Part shown: positions 62,701-64,000 of the stretch, piece after piece
Position numbering within the stretch: position 1 is the stretch's first letter
Layout: each line of letters opens with the position of its first letter
Assembly (NCBI RefSeq): GCF_963921235.1
Contig: NC_086107.1
Location: forward strand, 107,510,001-107,574,000
From: Mobula hypostoma
Taxonomy: Eukaryota
Reading direction: 5' to 3'
Length of the DNA stretch: 64,000 nt
Notes under the pieces: model-generated
What the model saw: the letters and a program-made list of their open reading frames with translations, nothing else
Database searches by the model: none
Told to the model about the DNA's origin: nothing
Translations under genes and position numbers: made by a program

Positions 62701-64000
62701 AACACAATAGAATCAATGAAAGATGGACAAACACCCAATGTGCAAAAGACAACAAACTGCAAATACAAAAAGAAAAAAGATAATAAAGTGATATGTAGTG
62801 TATTCTGAATACTACAACATTGATATCAAGTAAATTTACACATTGTTCATGGATACAAAAATACTTGTAGAGAAACATGTTAAATGTAGTTTTTGATACA
62901 TAATTTCAGTGTGTATGTTTTTATTATCTTTAACCCTCTATTTATAACAATGGTATTCAAATTGTGTTTAATTCACAAGGAGTGTTATAAAATCTGATTG
63001 CATTGAAATAAAAGCATATGTCATTATTGCCAACATGATAATCTAAGCATGGCAGGGTAAATCTACACAATACTCAACTTTTGGACTAAGTAGTGTTTTG
63101 TGAAGATCTGTCATAGCTCCCTACTCTGATATTCTACATCTTGCCTTTTTACCACCCTAATAAAAACTGCTTTAGGATCAGTGGACATACTTTTATAGTA
63201 TTTGTATCTGGGGTGTATATTTGTAAATATGCTGCAGGCTGAGGCAATGAAGCTGTGTATAAGGAAAGAAGGAAAAACAATCATAAATCTTAATCTAACA
63301 TCTTCTTACTCTGATACTGTGATCAGTTTTGCATTTCAAATTCAGGAAGTGTGCTGGGCAGGTCCATAAATGTCACATGGCCAACTTAAAGTTATTTACC
63401 TTTGTGCAAATACAGTTCACATACTAAGGGCTTTGAACTATAGACCTTATGATTTGGATGAGGTCGGTACCAGATTTAGTAAAGTGGAGGCATTAGAGAC
63501 TGCAGATGCTGGAATCTGGAGTGGAAAAAACACAACCTGCTAGAGAGTCTTGGTAGGTCAGGTAGCATCTGTAGAGTGTAAGTGGACAATTGACAATAGA
63601 GGGGAATGGACGGTTGATGTTTCTGGTCAGTCCAGATGAAGGGTTTCGATCCAAATATTAACTATTATTTTTCTTTCTGCAGATGCGCCCTGACCTATTG
63701 TGTTCCCCAGCAGTTTTTTTTTCCTGGCTTTGTGCCAGATTATCTACCCAAAGCTATAAGATATGATTCTCATTTGCCTTTCTCCAGTGTATTACATAGG
63801 CTCTTGCCATTAAACAGTGAACCAGATTATTGTTCATTCTGGATCTCAAGGATAGCATCCTCTGGAATGTTTTATTGTCTGTTTGTGAGGCATTTGCAAG
63901 TACATGTTTTCTGTTTTCTACCCTCACTTTCTCTTGCTCTCACTTTCATTTTATTTTTCCTCACTTAATTGTGTTTTCTTGCATGTGTGTTTCTTTGGTC

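Overview
This is eukaryotic, repeat-dense genomic DNA, not prokaryotic. The repeat set (V-SINE/HE1-like and Deu-type SINEs, CR1, Rex1/Babar, L1-like, Penelope, Tc1/pogo/mariner) points to a cartilaginous fish, probably a ray (inference). Most ORFs in the track are decayed transposon fragments or noise. A host gene appears to start at a CpG-rich promoter (~20.5-21.45 kb) and run on the + strand through long introns, with candidate exons at ~21250-21457, 52821-52890 and 53561-53660 and two related alternative-exon modules near 43.9 and 46.9 kb. I cannot name the gene. The main discovery is a family of Penelope-like (probably Neptune-clade) retroelements inserted as tail-out inverted pairs with 12-16 bp target-site duplications (3631-4356, 39463-42715, 57731-58484, plus 64-111 bp minimal versions). 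In the three larger copies each arm carries a minimal type-I hammerhead-ribozyme motif, and one arm always lacks the last ~33-45 nt. Also notable are a fixed-spacing array of TALE(Pbx/Prep)-like + CCAAT composite motifs in the promoter and several nested transposon stacks. All coordinates were read by eye; no searches or folding programs were run.
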